A DNA stretch of 64,000 nucleotides from NCBI GenBank assembly GCA_902590695.1, contig CACIXR010000003.1, positions 48,135 through 112,134 of the forward strand. The letters run 5' to 3'. Source of the DNA: an uncultured Alphaproteobacteria bacterium. GTDB lineage: Bacteria; Pseudomonadota; Alphaproteobacteria; HIMB59; GCA-002718135. Made by a program: the position numbers and the translations under genes. Every line of letters begins with the position of its first letter. The stretch's first letter is position 1. Below, in pieces: positions 31,768 to 42,803 of this stretch. Below the pieces are notes generated by a model. The model saw only the letters and a list, made by a program, of their open reading frames with translations, was not told where the DNA came from and did no database searches.

Positions 31768-32381
31768 GCTAAAAAACTTTTTAAAAATTTAGGAGCGTTA
31801 TCCTTAATAAAAGATATTCTTTCCTTAATTCTTGGAATTTTTGATATTCTCTTAAGATTTTTATCAATATTTTCTTCAACATGCTTCATTTCTTTTGAAA
31901 AAAAAACGAACAAGGCATTAGTATATACTCCTGATAAAATAAGTCTTTTTGTATAAAAATTGAAATCTGTTGAATTATCTCCAGCTAAATACCACATTGT
32001 ACTTACTGAATTATATAAACACTTTTTTGATATTTTGTTATTTGTGGGTAGCAAAAGATGGTTAAAGGTTTTTTTATAAAATTCTTTATCTTCATTTAAT
32101 ATATCAAATCGTAATAATAATATTTTTTTAATTCTTTTGTTAATTGGAAAATTAATTAAGTTAATTTTTTTTAATTTATATTCAAGTTTTTCATTAATAT
32201 TTTGTAAAGCATATTCTAATAAATCTTTATATCCATCAGGAAAAAAATAGAATAAATCATTTTTTTCTATATTTTGTTTTTGTAATTTTGAAAATATTTC
32301 TGATGACCAACCTTCAATTGATACGATTTTTTTTGTTTTTTTAAGAATATCTTCTTTTTTTTTATTTTCTGTTTTGTTCAT
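31764..32381 (-). CDS. COQ9 family ubiquinone accessory protein
   Basis: GWS, FPDG, MWYLAGDNSTDFNFYTKR..L..VY. Near rpsU as in many Alphaproteobacteria. Confidence 0.9.
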   Translation of the reverse strand: MNKTENKKKEDILKKTKKIVSIEGWSSEIFSKLQKQNIEKNDLFYFFPDGYKDLLEYALQNINEKLEYKLKKINLINFPINKRIKKILLLRFDILNEDKEFYKKTFNHLLLPTNNKISKKCLYNSVSTMWYLAGDNSTDFNFYTKRLILSGVYTNALFVFFSKEMKHVEENIDKNLKRISKIPRIKERISFIKDNAPKFLKSFLA

Positions 32382-32892
32382 TTTTCCAATAAGTAGTTAT
32401 TTCTTTTTCAAAACCAAAAGCATTTTTATGTGCTAAGCGTGATGTATACAAAATTCCGTTTAAGTGATCTACCTCATGTTGTACTACCCTTGCGTGCAAG
32501 CCTTCAACTTCATTTTCAATTTCTTTACCTTCAAGATCAAATCCAGAATATTTGATTTTTTTAAATCTTCTAACTAAACCTTGCATACCAGGTATTGATA
32601 AACAACCTTCCCAATCATCCTCAGTTTCTTTTCCCATGGGTGTAAAAATAGGATTTATTAATGGTGTTATCTCAATTTTATCTTTCTCTTCATTATCAGG
32701 ATTACGAAATACTATTATTTTCTTTGAAATATGTACTTGGGGTGCTGCTAAACCTATACCGTTATAGTCAAGCATTGTTTCAGACATATCATAAACTATT
32801 TTTTTTAGAGAATCTGAAGAGAATTCTTTTATCTCAGAACATTCTTTAAGTAAGATAGGATGACCAATTTTTGATATTTTTAGAATAGACAC
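32362..32892 (-). CDS. def: Peptide deformylase
   Basis: GIGLAAPQ, EGCLS, QHEVDHL. Confidence 0.97.
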   Translation of the reverse strand: MSILKISKIGHPILLKECSEIKEFSSDSLKKIVYDMSETMLDYNGIGLAAPQVHISKKIIVFRNPDNEEKDKIEITPLINPIFTPMGKETEDDWEGCLSIPGMQGLVRRFKKIKYSGFDLEGKEIENEVEGLHARVVQHEVDHLNGILYTSRLAHKNAFGFEKEITTYWKNEQNRK

Positions 32893-32948
32893 ATTATAAA
32901 TATAAGTATTTTTTCTAATATACCAATAGATTAATTCAATATATCGGT

Positions 32949-32977
32949 TTGCAAATAATATGAGTTTATGTTACTAG
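32949..32977 (+). promoter_or_regulatory. Putative sigma70 promoter of rpsU
   Basis: TTGCAA-N17-TACTAG, ending 9 nt before the ATG; no SD sequence. Confidence 0.4.
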
Positions 32978-32986
32978 GCCGACCCA

Positions 32987-33184
32987 ATGACACTTTTTGT
33001 AAATGTAAAAGATAATAATGTAGAACAAGCAATTAGATCGCTTAAAAAGAAAATGCAGCGTGAAGGTTTGTATAAAGAAATGAAGCTTCGCAAACACTAT
33101 GAAAAACCTTGTTTGAAACGTGCTAGAGAAAAAGAAGAAAATATTAGAAGAGCCAGGAAGTCTGCAAAAAGAAACAACGATTAA
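32987..33184 (+). CDS. rpsU: 30S ribosomal protein S21
   Basis: V.DNNVEQA...LKKKMQREG...HYEKP. Confidence 0.96.
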   Translation: MTLFVNVKDNNVEQAIRSLKKKMQREGLYKEMKLRKHYEKPCLKRAREKEENIRRARKSAKRNND

Positions 33185-34575
33185 GCGGAAAGACTTTTTA
33201 CGATATCCTCACACATTTTTTTAGCATCTCCAAACAGCATAGTTGTGTTATCTCTATAGAACAACTCATTATCAACACCTGAATAACCAGTTGCCATTGA
33301 ACGTTTTACAAATAAAACGCTCTGAGATTTTTCTACATCTAATATAGGCATGCCAAAAATAGGAGAGGACTCATCCGTTTTTGCAGCAGGATTTGTTACA
33401 TCATTTGCTCCAATAACAAAAGAAACCTCTGTCATAGGAAAATCATGATTAATTTCATCTAGCTCCAAAACTTCTTCATATGGAACATTAGCTTCAGCTA
33501 GTAAAACATTCATATGACCTGGCATTCTTCCAGCAACTGGATGTATTGCATATCTTACATCTATTCCTTCTTTTTTTAATATGTCACCCATTTCTCTTAA
33601 AGCATGTTGAGCTTGTGCTACAGCCATTCCATATCCTGGTACAATAATTACAGAGTCTGCGTTTTTCATTATATATGCAGCATCCTCTGCATTACCTTGT
33701 TTAACAATTTTGTCTGAGTTATCCTTACTAGTACTAGTGTCTTGTTCACCACCAAAACCACCTAGAACAACATTAATAATTGATCTATTCATCCCTTTAC
33801 TCATTATATAACTCAGTATTGCACCAGATGCTCCAACAAGAGCACCAGTTATAATTAAGAGATTATTACTTAGGGTAAATCCTATACCACAAGCTGCCCA
33901 ACCTGAATAAGAGTTTAACATAGAAACGACAACTGGCATGTCAGCTCCACCAATAGGAATTACAACAAGAAATCCTAGTAATATTGAAACAATGACTATT
34001 GTCCAAAATATTGATGGAGATTGATTAATTACAAATAATACAATCAAGAAAATAATTAGAAGGAAAATTAGTGCATTTATAAGATGCTGGAACTTAAATA
34101 CTATTGGCTTTCCTGAAATTGTACCTTGTAATTTTCCAAAAGCTAAAACTGAACCAGAGAAAGTGATCGCACCAATAAATGTTCCAATACTCATTTCAAC
34201 TAAACTAGCAGTTTTAATCGAACCAACTTTGCCAATACTAAAAGCTACGGGGTCATAGAATGCAGCAGCAGCAACAAATACTGCAGCTAAACCTACTAAG
34301 CTATGAAAAGCCGCTACCAATTGAGGTAATGCGGTCATTTCAATTCTGAGAGCAATAAATGAACCTATAGCACCGCCAATAAGTATCGCAGCACCAATTT
34401 CATAATAACTAAGAACAGATTTAAACATTAATGTTGTAAAAACCGCTATGATCATTCCAATGATACCAAAAATGTTACCCATTCTTGAAGATTCAGGGTG
34501 AGATAAACCTCTTAGAGCAAAGATAAATAATAACGCAGAAATTAAATATAATATCGCAACCATGTTAGAAGACAT
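33181..34575 (-). CDS. pntB: NAD(P) transhydrogenase beta subunit
   Basis: [37 protein letters not shown]. Confidence 0.98.
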   Translation of the reverse strand: MSSNMVAILYLISALLFIFALRGLSHPESSRMGNIFGIIGMIIAVFTTLMFKSVLSYYEIGAAILIGGAIGSFIALRIEMTALPQLVAAFHSLVGLAAVFVAAAAFYDPVAFSIGKVGSIKTASLVEMSIGTFIGAITFSGSVLAFGKLQGTISGKPIVFKFQHLINALIFLLIIFLIVLFVINQSPSIFWTIVIVSILLGFLVVIPIGGADMPVVVSMLNSYSGWAACGIGFTLSNNLLIITGALVGASGAILSYIMSKGMNRSIINVVLGGFGGEQDTSTSKDNSDKIVKQGNAEDAAYIMKNADSVIIVPGYGMAVAQAQHALREMGDILKKEGIDVRYAIHPVAGRMPGHMNVLLAEANVPYEEVLELDEINHDFPMTEVSFVIGANDVTNPAAKTDESSPIFGMPILDVEKSQSVLFVKRSMATGYSGVDNELFYRDNTTMLFGDAKKMCEDIVKSLSA

Positions 34576-34892
34576 TATTCTTTTTCCTTTGTTTTTTTAG
34601 TTTTTTTCTTAAACATCGAGAGCATTCGATATGTTACTAAGAAACCTCCAAAAATATTAACTGAAGCTAATACAACACCTATTAACCCAAATATTTTTGA
34701 AGTATCAAAACCTTGAGGACCGGCTGCCAATATTGCCCCAACTATAATTACGCTTGATATTGCATTTGTCACACCCATCAATGGACTATGTAAAGCAGGA
34801 GTAACAGACCAAACTACATAATAGCCAATAATACAAGCTAAGAAAAATACTGTAAGTCCGATAACAAAAACTTCTGAAGAATGTGCTTCCAT
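34575..34892 (-). CDS. pntAB: NAD(P) transhydrogenase alpha-2 (membrane part)
   Basis: VTPALHSPLM.VTNAISS, NIFGGF.VT.RML.MF. Confidence 0.95.
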   Translation of the reverse strand: MEAHSSEVFVIGLTVFFLACIIGYYVVWSVTPALHSPLMGVTNAISSVIIVGAILAAGPQGFDTSKIFGLIGVVLASVNIFGGFLVTYRMLSMFKKKTKKTKEKE

Positions 34893-34893
34893 A

Positions 34894-36015
34894 TTACTTA
34901 AATTGCTCCAATCTTACATCCCCGTCATGCGTTAGCAAAACAGAATTAATTATTTCATCGTCAAAATCAAAATTTATTTTTTTATTTTCTTTGTCTATTA
35001 ATAAACTTAAGAAGTTAAAGATATTTTTAGCATACAGTGCTGAAGCATCTTTAGCCACTCTTCCAGGAACATTTCCATAACCAACGATTTTTACTCCATT
35101 ATGCACTACTATTTCATTCATTTTACTTAAAGGGCAATTACCACCAGCTTCCACAGCCAAATCAATTACTACTGAGCCTGGTATCATCGAAGAAACCATT
35201 TCTTCTGTGATTAAAACTGGAGCTTTTTTGCCAGGAATAAGAGCTGTACAAATTACTATGTCTTGTTTTGAAACTGTATCAGCTATCAATTGAGCTTGTT
35301 TTTTCTTATAATCTTCACTCATTTCCTTTGCATAACCACCTGCGGTTTCAGCATTTTCAGCTTCATCATCTTCAACCATTATGAATTTTCCACCAAGACT
35401 TTCAACTTGTTCCTTAGTTGCTGCTCTTACATCAGTGGCAGACACTACTGCGCCAAGTCTTTTTGCTGTTGCAATTGCTTGTAAACCAGCAACTCCTACA
35501 CCAAGTATCATAACTTTTGCTGGATTTACTCTTCCAGCAGCAGTCATCATCATTGGAAAAGCCTTTCCAAATTGCTCCGCTGCATCAATTACACTTCTAT
35601 ACCCCGCTAAGTTAGCTTGGGATGATAGAACATCCATACTTTGTGCTCTACTTATTCTAGGAATTAATTCCATACAACATGATGATATTTTGTTTTTATT
35701 TAAATTAGAAAATTCAGATTTATTTTCATAAGGGTTTAAAATTCCAATAAGTAAGGAATTACTTTTTAAGTTATTTATGTCATCAGTGCTTGGCATTCTA
35801 ACACATAAACAAACATCAGCGTTCAAGCATTCAGATCTCGTAACAATTTTTGCTCCAGCTTCTTCATAATTTGAATTTTGATATCCTGAAGTTTCTCCAG
35901 CTCCATTTTCAATTATAACTTCAAAACCCAGTCTAGAAAAAAGCTTTACTGATTCAGGCGAGATAGACACTCTTGTCTCATTGTTATCATTTTCTTTAAT
36001 AGCAGATAAGAGCAT
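34894..36015 (-). CDS. pntAA: NAD(P) transhydrogenase alpha-1 (NAD-binding dI)
   Basis: PRISRAQSMDVLSSQ, GVGVAGLQA, GGYAKE, DLA...GGNC. Confidence 0.96.
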   Translation of the reverse strand: MLLSAIKENDNNETRVSISPESVKLFSRLGFEVIIENGAGETSGYQNSNYEEAGAKIVTRSECLNADVCLCVRMPSTDDINNLKSNSLLIGILNPYENKSEFSNLNKNKISSCCMELIPRISRAQSMDVLSSQANLAGYRSVIDAAEQFGKAFPMMMTAAGRVNPAKVMILGVGVAGLQAIATAKRLGAVVSATDVRAATKEQVESLGGKFIMVEDDEAENAETAGGYAKEMSEDYKKKQAQLIADTVSKQDIVICTALIPGKKAPVLITEEMVSSMIPGSVVIDLAVEAGGNCPLSKMNEIVVHNGVKIVGYGNVPGRVAKDASALYAKNIFNFLSLLIDKENKKINFDFDDEIINSVLLTHDGDVRLEQFK

Positions 36016-36021
36016 GAGTTC

Positions 36022-37368
36022 TTATATTGATAGGTCAGCTAAATTTAAAGCTTTTTGTTGATTTTTCATTAATTTTTTTGAGTTAAAATCTTCAATTAAC
36101 TCATGGAATATTCTGTACCAATTAACTTCAGCTTTTAAATGCATAAATACTGAACCTAATCCTACTGCTGCTCTATCCATGAACACAAATTCTTTTGGAG
36201 GTTTAACACCGCCTAGTTTTTTAAGTTCTTGATGAACTTCAGATGCAATTTGCGCTCCATATATACCACTATCGCTTTCTTGTATTTTTTGAACTTTATC
36301 TTCCATCAAAGGTGAATATAAAAATCCTGCCCATTTATTTAATACTTTTAATTTCTCTTTTGTAATATCAGTAAATCCCCATTGCTCATATGCATGAACT
36401 GCTTTTGCATTATCTTTTTCTTGAAGAGCAAAATATAAGTCAATTACACCTTGAATGAAATTACCATTAAAAATTCTCATACAACCAAAGTCATATATAT
36501 TAATACTAAGGTCTTTTTTCTGTACAGAATAATTTCCTAAATGTGGATCACCGTGAAGCACTCCGTATTCAAAGAATGGTTTATACCATGCTTTATACAT
36601 ATTAGAGGCTAGTGTATTTCTTGTTTCTTTAGGAGATTTTTTAAAATTCAAAATAGGTTCACCATCTAGCCAGCTCATGGTTAGTAATCTTTTTGTAGAT
36701 AATTTATCATAGGTTTTTGGAACATGAACAAAATTTATATTTGAAAATATATTTCTAAATACAGCCATTAATTTTTTTTCTCTTTCGTAATCTAGTTCTT
36801 CTTTAAGTCTGTCAGTGATTTCTTTATATACTTCATCAGTTTTGATCGCTTTATTATAAGACTGATAAATTGAAAAAATCATTTTTAATTGTGAAAGATC
36901 AGCACTAACTGCTGAAGCCATGTCTGGGTATTGGAGTTTGCAGGCGACTATATCATCATTTTTTATTTTAGCTTTATGAACTTGTCCAAGAGAAGCTGCT
37001 CTTGTTGCTTCTTTATCAAATTCAATAAAGTTTTTTTGCCAGTCCTGCTTTAATTCTGCGGCCATTCTTCTTTTAACAAATAACCATCCCATCGGCGGAG
37101 CATTAGACTGTAAATGCATAAGCTCTTGCGCATACTCATCTGGAAGTAAGTCAGGTATGGTTGCCGATAATTGTGCTACTTTCATTAATGGCCCTTTAAT
37201 ACTTCCAAGAGCAGCTCTTATTTCTGAAGCATGTTTTTCTTTATCTAACTTAACACCTAAATATCTTTGACTTGCAAGTTTAGTGGCTAATTTTCCAACA
37301 ACACCACCAACTTTGGCATACCTGGTAAGTTGTTTTGTTAGAGACTTTGCTTCTTTATCTTTCATCAA
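36022..37368 (-). CDS. ABC1/UbiB (COQ8-like) atypical kinase
   Basis: MKVAQ (variant of KxGQ), AASLGQVH, KLQYP, EELDY..E, HGDPHLGN, DFG. Confidence 0.9.
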   Translation of the reverse strand: MMKDKEAKSLTKQLTRYAKVGGVVGKLATKLASQRYLGVKLDKEKHASEIRAALGSIKGPLMKVAQLSATIPDLLPDEYAQELMHLQSNAPPMGWLFVKRRMAAELKQDWQKNFIEFDKEATRAASLGQVHKAKIKNDDIVACKLQYPDMASAVSADLSQLKMIFSIYQSYNKAIKTDEVYKEITDRLKEELDYEREKKLMAVFRNIFSNINFVHVPKTYDKLSTKRLLTMSWLDGEPILNFKKSPKETRNTLASNMYKAWYKPFFEYGVLHGDPHLGNYSVQKKDLSINIYDFGCMRIFNGNFIQGVIDLYFALQEKDNAKAVHAYEQWGFTDITKEKLKVLNKWAGFLYSPLMEDKVQKIQESDSGIYGAQIASEVHQELKKLGGVKPPKEFVFMDRAAVGLGSVFMHLKAEVNWYRIFHELIEDFNSKKLMKNQQKALNLADLSI

Positions 37369-37370
37369 TT

Positions 37371-39167
37371 TTATTCTTCTAATTGGTCGATCAAATTCTC
37401 AATAACATTAACTCCTTTTTGCCAGAAATCCTTTTTCTTCGGATTTAATCCAAAAGGCTTCAATAGTTTATCATATGTATCACTACCGCCGCTCTCTAAC
37501 AAAGTAATGTATTTGTCTTCAAATTTAGGAAGCTTGCTTTCGTAAACGTTAAAAAGAGAATTAACAAGACAATCACCAAAAGCATATGCGTAAACATAAA
37601 ATGGTGAATGAATGAAATGGGGTATGTAGCTCCAGAAATATTTGTAATCATCATTAAATTTTATTGATGGTCCTAAGCTTTTCTTTTGAACATCAATCCA
37701 AATTTCACAAATCTCGTTAACACTTAATTCTTTAATTTTTCTTTGATGATGAATACGTTTTTCAAATTCAAAAAATGCAATCTGCCTCACGACAGTGTTT
37801 AGCATATCTTCGACTTTGTTTGCTAAAAGCCCCTTACGTTCATTTTCTTTTGTTGTAATAGATAAAAGAGATTTAAAAGTTAACATTTCTCCAAAAACAC
37901 TTGCAGTTTCAGCAAGCGTTAACGGTGTTGAAGAGTTAAAATAAGTTTGTTTTTGTCCTGCCAAATATTGATGAATGCCATGTCCTAGCTCATGAGCAAG
38001 AGTTGCTATATCTCTTGCTTTACCCTGATAATTAACAAGTATAAATGGATGAACTGATGGAACAGTAGAAGCAGCGAACGCGCCAGGAGATTTACCCGCG
38101 ATTACTGGAGCGTGTATCCATGAATTATCAAAAAATTTTTTTACAATATTTCCAGCTCTCTTATCAAAATTTGAATAAGCATCAGATACAATTTGTCTTG
38201 CATCTTTCCAGGAATAAATACTGTGTGATTGAAAAGGGAGAGGTGCATTTCTGTCCCAATACATTAAAGATTTCTTTTTTAACCATTTAGATTTTATTTT
38301 ATAATAACGATGAGCAATTTTTGGATAATTTTCTTTTATTGTTTCAGTTAAGGCTTCTACAACTTCATCTTCAACAACATTAGATAAATTTCTTGAACTG
38401 ACTGGATTTGGCAATCCTCTCCATTTATCATTAATTGATTTATCTTTTGCAAGATTATTAGTAATAGATGCAAACAAACTAATGTTATCTTTTAAAACAG
38501 CAGATACTACCTCAGCTGATTTTTTACGATTTGATTCTTTTTTATCAGAAAGAAAATTAAAAATTTCAGCACTAGATAAATTTTTTCCCTTAAAGGGAAA
38601 TTTTAGTGATGCAATTGTATCGTCAAATAGTCTGATCCAAGCTGATCTAGATGTAATACTTTTTTCTTGAAGTAATTTTTCTGTTTTAACATCTAATTGA
38701 TAAGGTTTGAATTTTCGAATATTTTTTATCCAGTTTTTGTAAATCTTTAGTTTTTTATCAGCATAAATTTTTTTTAAATTTTTTTCAGAAATTTCATTTA
38801 TCTCAAGACTAAAGAAAACAATTGAGGAGGCAATATTTGTTATTTGCTCCTGCATTTGTTGATAAAAAATTTTATTCTTTTCATTGTTACCATCCTCTGC
38901 AACCAATAAATGTGCATAAGACATAATTTTATCTATTTTTGTATCAATTTCCTCTAACTCTATGATGGCTTTTAAAAGCTGATTGGAACTAATCTTGGTG
39001 ATTTTGGATGCGTATTTTTTCTCAAATTTCTTAGTCGATATTCTAAGCTTATTTAAATCATTATTGAGCTTCCTCGCTTTTGGCGATTCATACAAATCCT
39101 TTAAATTCCAAATTGGTAGTTTGCCAAGGGTATTTTTTGTTGAATTTTGATAATTTTTTTGTTTCAT
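37371..39167 (-). CDS. pepF: M3B oligoendopeptidase F
   Basis: W.L.DLY, HELGH, AETASVFGE, PHF...FYVYAY. Confidence 0.92.
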   Translation of the reverse strand: MKQKNYQNSTKNTLGKLPIWNLKDLYESPKARKLNNDLNKLRISTKKFEKKYASKITKISSNQLLKAIIELEEIDTKIDKIMSYAHLLVAEDGNNEKNKIFYQQMQEQITNIASSIVFFSLEINEISEKNLKKIYADKKLKIYKNWIKNIRKFKPYQLDVKTEKLLQEKSITSRSAWIRLFDDTIASLKFPFKGKNLSSAEIFNFLSDKKESNRKKSAEVVSAVLKDNISLFASITNNLAKDKSINDKWRGLPNPVSSRNLSNVVEDEVVEALTETIKENYPKIAHRYYKIKSKWLKKKSLMYWDRNAPLPFQSHSIYSWKDARQIVSDAYSNFDKRAGNIVKKFFDNSWIHAPVIAGKSPGAFAASTVPSVHPFILVNYQGKARDIATLAHELGHGIHQYLAGQKQTYFNSSTPLTLAETASVFGEMLTFKSLLSITTKENERKGLLANKVEDMLNTVVRQIAFFEFEKRIHHQRKIKELSVNEICEIWIDVQKKSLGPSIKFNDDYKYFWSYIPHFIHSPFYVYAYAFGDCLVNSLFNVYESKLPKFEDKYITLLESGGSDTYDKLLKPFGLNPKKKDFWQKGVNVIENLIDQLEE

Positions 39168-39207
39168 ATTTTACTATTTCGATATAGGTCTAATATCTTA
39201 GCTTTGT

Positions 39208-39214
39208 AGGGAGG
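39208..39214 (+). promoter_or_regulatory. Strong Shine-Dalgarno sequence for the acyl-CoA ligase
   Basis: AGGGAGG ends 9 nt before ATG 39224; one of very few clear SD motifs seen in the window. Confidence 0.7.
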
Positions 39215-39223
39215 ATAGAAAGC

Positions 39224-41026
39224 ATGATTGTTAATTTTGACGAGTTTAATAGCATAACGGGTATATTTTATCATCAAGCAAATAATTTAAAAGATCAACC
39301 ATATTTGTGGAAGAAAGAGAATGATAAATATGTTTCTTTAAGTTGGTCACAAGTTAAAGAACAAGTCGAAAGTTTAGCAACATACTTAAAAGATCTGGGT
39401 ATTTTAGAAGGAGATAGAGTATTAATTTTATCTGAAAATAGACCTGAATGGCAAATCACTGATTTAGCAATAATGTCCATAGGAGCAATTTCAGTGCCTG
39501 CTTATACAACAAGCACAACGAATGACTATAAATATATTATTGAGCATTCTGGTGCTAGATGTGCAATCGTATCATCACACGAACTAATGAAAAAAGTTCT
39601 ACCTGCAATAGAAAAAATTTCACATTGTCAAAATGTAATAAAAATTAATGATGATAATGAAACTTATACCGAAGTTGTAAATATTTTATCATACAATAAA
39701 ATTATAAATGACAATTTAGAAAAAAGTAAAAATTCTAATGAAATAGAAGAGTTATCAAAAAATTATAAAAGAAAAGATACAGCATGTATTATTTATACAT
39801 CAGGTACTGGAGGTAATCCTAAGGGAGTGATGTTAAGTCATGGAGCCATGCTAAGAAACTGTGCTTCCTGTGATAAATTACTTGAGAGTCTTACTAGTGA
39901 TTTAACAAAAGAAATTAGATATTTATCATGGTTGCCTTTATCTCATTCATATGAACATACTTTACAATTTTTAGAAATGGGACAAGGCGCACAAATCTAT
40001 TACGCTGAAAGTATAGATAAATTATTAGTAAATATGGCTGAGGCAGCACCACATTTTATGACTGCTGTTCCAAGGTTTTATGACTCTTTACACGCACGTA
40101 TTTCACAAGGTCTAAAAAACCAAAGTAAATTGAGTCAACGCTTCTTTGCAATTACATTAAATCTAGGAAAGAAAAAATATTTTGGTGAGCAGATGAGCTT
40201 CTCTGAAAGATTTATGAATGGATTGATGGATAGGATAGTAAGAAAAAAAGTTAAGAAAAGATTTGGTGGAAGTCTCAGAGCATTGATATCAGGAGGAGCA
40301 GCACTAAATTTTGAAGTTGGATTATACCTAAGCGCCCTGGGCCTTCCACTTCTTCAAGGATACGGACAAACTGAAACGGCTCCTGTTATTTCGGCAAACC
40401 CTCCTGAAAAAATTAAATTAGATACTGTTGGAAAAGTTCTTCAAGGAAATGAAGTGAAAATTTCTGAAGATGGAGAAATTTTAGCTCGTGGTGAACTAAT
40501 TATGAATGGTTATTGGAATGATCCTGAGTCAACTAATAAAACTATAATCGATGGATGGGTTCATACAGGTGATATTGGTGAATTTGATGAAGAAGATTAT
40601 TTAAAGATAACAGATAGGAAAAAAGATATTATTGTAAATGCTGGTGGAGATAATATTTCTCCTTCAAGAATAGAGGCAAAACTAGATATTGAACCTGAAA
40701 TTGCTCAATCAATGTTATATGGGGATTTCAAAAATTACCTAGTTGCAATTTTGGTGCCTAATAAAGATTTAGCTTTAGAATGGGCAAAAGAAAATAATGT
40801 TGAGGGTGATTTAAATGAAATAATTCAAGATTCTTCATTTAATAAAAAAATGAAAGAAGTTGTAGATAAAGTCAATAAAAGCCTTTCTAGTATTGAGCAA
40901 ATAAGAAAATTTATTTTAATTGATCACGAGTTTACAATTGAAAACAATATGATGACACCTTCCATGAAAGTAAGAAGGTTTAAAGTAAAAGAGATGTATG
41001 GAGAAAATTTAGAGAAACTATATTAA
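39224..41026 (+). CDS. Long-chain fatty acid--CoA ligase
   Basis: YTSGTGGNPKG, LPLSHSYE, QGYGQTE, HTGDIG, DRKKD. Confidence 0.92.
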   Translation: MIVNFDEFNSITGIFYHQANNLKDQPYLWKKENDKYVSLSWSQVKEQVESLATYLKDLGILEGDRVLILSENRPEWQITDLAIMSIGAISVPAYTTSTTNDYKYIIEHSGARCAIVSSHELMKKVLPAIEKISHCQNVIKINDDNETYTEVVNILSYNKIINDNLEKSKNSNEIEELSKNYKRKDTACIIYTSGTGGNPKGVMLSHGAMLRNCASCDKLLESLTSDLTKEIRYLSWLPLSHSYEHTLQFLEMGQGAQIYYAESIDKLLVNMAEAAPHFMTAVPRFYDSLHARISQGLKNQSKLSQRFFAITLNLGKKKYFGEQMSFSERFMNGLMDRIVRKKVKKRFGGSLRALISGGAALNFEVGLYLSALGLPLLQGYGQTETAPVISANPPEKIKLDTVGKVLQGNEVKISEDGEILARGELIMNGYWNDPESTNKTIIDGWVHTGDIGEFDEEDYLKITDRKKDIIVNAGGDNISPSRIEAKLDIEPEIAQSMLYGDFKNYLVAILVPNKDLALEWAKENNVEGDLNEIIQDSSFNKKMKEVVDKVNKSLSSIEQIRKFILIDHEFTIENNMMTPSMKVRRFKVKEMYGENLEKLY

Positions 41027-41313
41027 GTTTCTCTTTTATCAAATTTTTCTTTTTGTTCAGAAGTAATTTCAGTTTGAAATTTTGTTTTCCACTCTGAGTA
41101 TGGCATACCATAGATCATTTCTCGTGCTTCATCGTATGAAATTGAAATATTTTTCTTTTCTGCAGCACTAACATACCATTTTGAAAGACAGTTTCTGCAA
41201 AAACCTGATAGATTCATTAAATCAATATTTTGTACATCTGTTCTATTTTTTAGATGATGAATCAATCTTTCTGCAACATCAGCAAGTAATTCTCTATCAA
41301 AGTTTTTGGTCAT
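41023..41313 (-). CDS. DUF1244 family protein
   Basis: DVQNIDLMNL.GFCRNCLSKW...IYGMPY.EWK. Confidence 0.9.
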   Translation of the reverse strand: MTKNFDRELLADVAERLIHHLKNRTDVQNIDLMNLSGFCRNCLSKWYVSAAEKKNISISYDEAREMIYGMPYSEWKTKFQTEITSEQKEKFDKRET

Positions 41314-41366
41314 ATTACGTAAATAAATTATATAAATCTTTTTTTGTGCTATATATATAAAAATTA

Positions 41367-42803
41367 ATGAAACGTAACAGAAAAGCTAAAATTTTAGCTA
41401 CGCTAGGTCCTGCATCATCAGATAAAAAAATAATAGAAGACTTATTTATTGCTGGATGTGATGTTTTTAGATTAAATTTTTCACATGGCGATTTAGAAAC
41501 TCATAGAAAAAATTATGAAAATATTAGATCTCTTGAAGAAAAACATAATCATGCGTCATGCATATTAGCTGACTTACAAGGACCCAAATTAAGAGTGGGC
41601 ACATTTAAGAATACAAAAGAAAATTTAGTCAAAGGTCAAAGTTTTGTATTAGATCTTTCAAGTGAACCTGGAGATAATAATAGGGTTAACTTTCCTCATG
41701 AAGAAATTTATGATTTTTTAACACCTAATTCTATTTTATTAGTAAATGATGGAAGAATAAGATTACAAATTGTTGAACAAAAAAAAGATAGTTTAATTAC
41801 AGAAGTTTTAAATGATGCTGAAATCTCAAATAACAAAGGTGTAAATATACCTGATGTAATTCTTCCTATAGACGCCCTTACCAAAAAAGATAAATCTGAT
41901 CTTATGAAGGCATTAGATATGGGAGTTGATTGGGTTGCACTTTCTTTCGTACAACAAGCAGAGGATATTCAGAAACTTAAAAAAATAATCAAAAATAAAG
42001 CACTGGTAATGGCAAAAATTGAAAAACCTTCAGCAGTAAAAAATATTGATGATATTATAAATGCTGCAGATGGTATTATGATAGCTAGAGGTGATTTGGG
42101 TGTTGAAATGCCAACAGAACAAGTTCCTATAGTTCAAAAAAATATTATAAAAAGATGTAGGCACTTTGGAAAACCAGTTGTCGTTGCTACACAAATGCTT
42201 GAAAGTATGATTGAAAATCTTGTGCCAACTAGAGCAGAAGCATCTGATGTTGCTAATGCTATTTATGACGGAACAGATGCTGTAATGTTATCTGGTGAAT
42301 CTGCGGTTGGAGCTCATCCATTAGAAGTAGTAAGAACTATGAATAAAATAATAGAAAATGTTGAAAATGATAAAAATAATTACGACTTACGAATTATTCA
42401 AGAAAATGTAGATGATGTTGATAATACAGATGCAATAACTTTAGCAGCTTACTCAATTGCAAAAAAATCTGATGCAAAAGCAATTATTACATTTTCTGTA
42501 AGTGGAAGAACAACGACTAGAATGGCTAGGGAAAGAGCACCAGTTCAAATTGTTGGTTTATCTCCAAATATTAACACTACAAGAAAAATGCAATTATATT
42601 GGGGAGTAAACTCCTGCCATACACAAGAAGATGCTCAAAATGCACAAGATATGGTTAATATCGCATGCTCAATTGCTAAAAATAAAAAATTAGTAAAACC
42701 AGGAGATAATGTGGTTATTTCTGCTGGTGTTCCATTTGGAAGTGCTGGCACTACTAATCTACTTAGATTAGCTGAAATAATTGCTGATAAAGATCTTAAG
42801 TAA
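41367..42803 (+). CDS. pyk: Pyruvate kinase
   Basis: KILATLGP, RLNFSHG, AKIE, ARGDLGVE, ATQMLESM, MLSGE. Confidence 0.98.
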   Translation: MKRNRKAKILATLGPASSDKKIIEDLFIAGCDVFRLNFSHGDLETHRKNYENIRSLEEKHNHASCILADLQGPKLRVGTFKNTKENLVKGQSFVLDLSSEPGDNNRVNFPHEEIYDFLTPNSILLVNDGRIRLQIVEQKKDSLITEVLNDAEISNNKGVNIPDVILPIDALTKKDKSDLMKALDMGVDWVALSFVQQAEDIQKLKKIIKNKALVMAKIEKPSAVKNIDDIINAADGIMIARGDLGVEMPTEQVPIVQKNIIKRCRHFGKPVVVATQMLESMIENLVPTRAEASDVANAIYDGTDAVMLSGESAVGAHPLEVVRTMNKIIENVENDKNNYDLRIIQENVDDVDNTDAITLAAYSIAKKSDAKAIITFSVSGRTTTRMARERAPVQIVGLSPNINTTRKMQLYWGVNSCHTQEDAQNAQDMVNIACSIAKNKKLVKPGDNVVISAGVPFGSAGTTNLLRLAEIIADKDLK

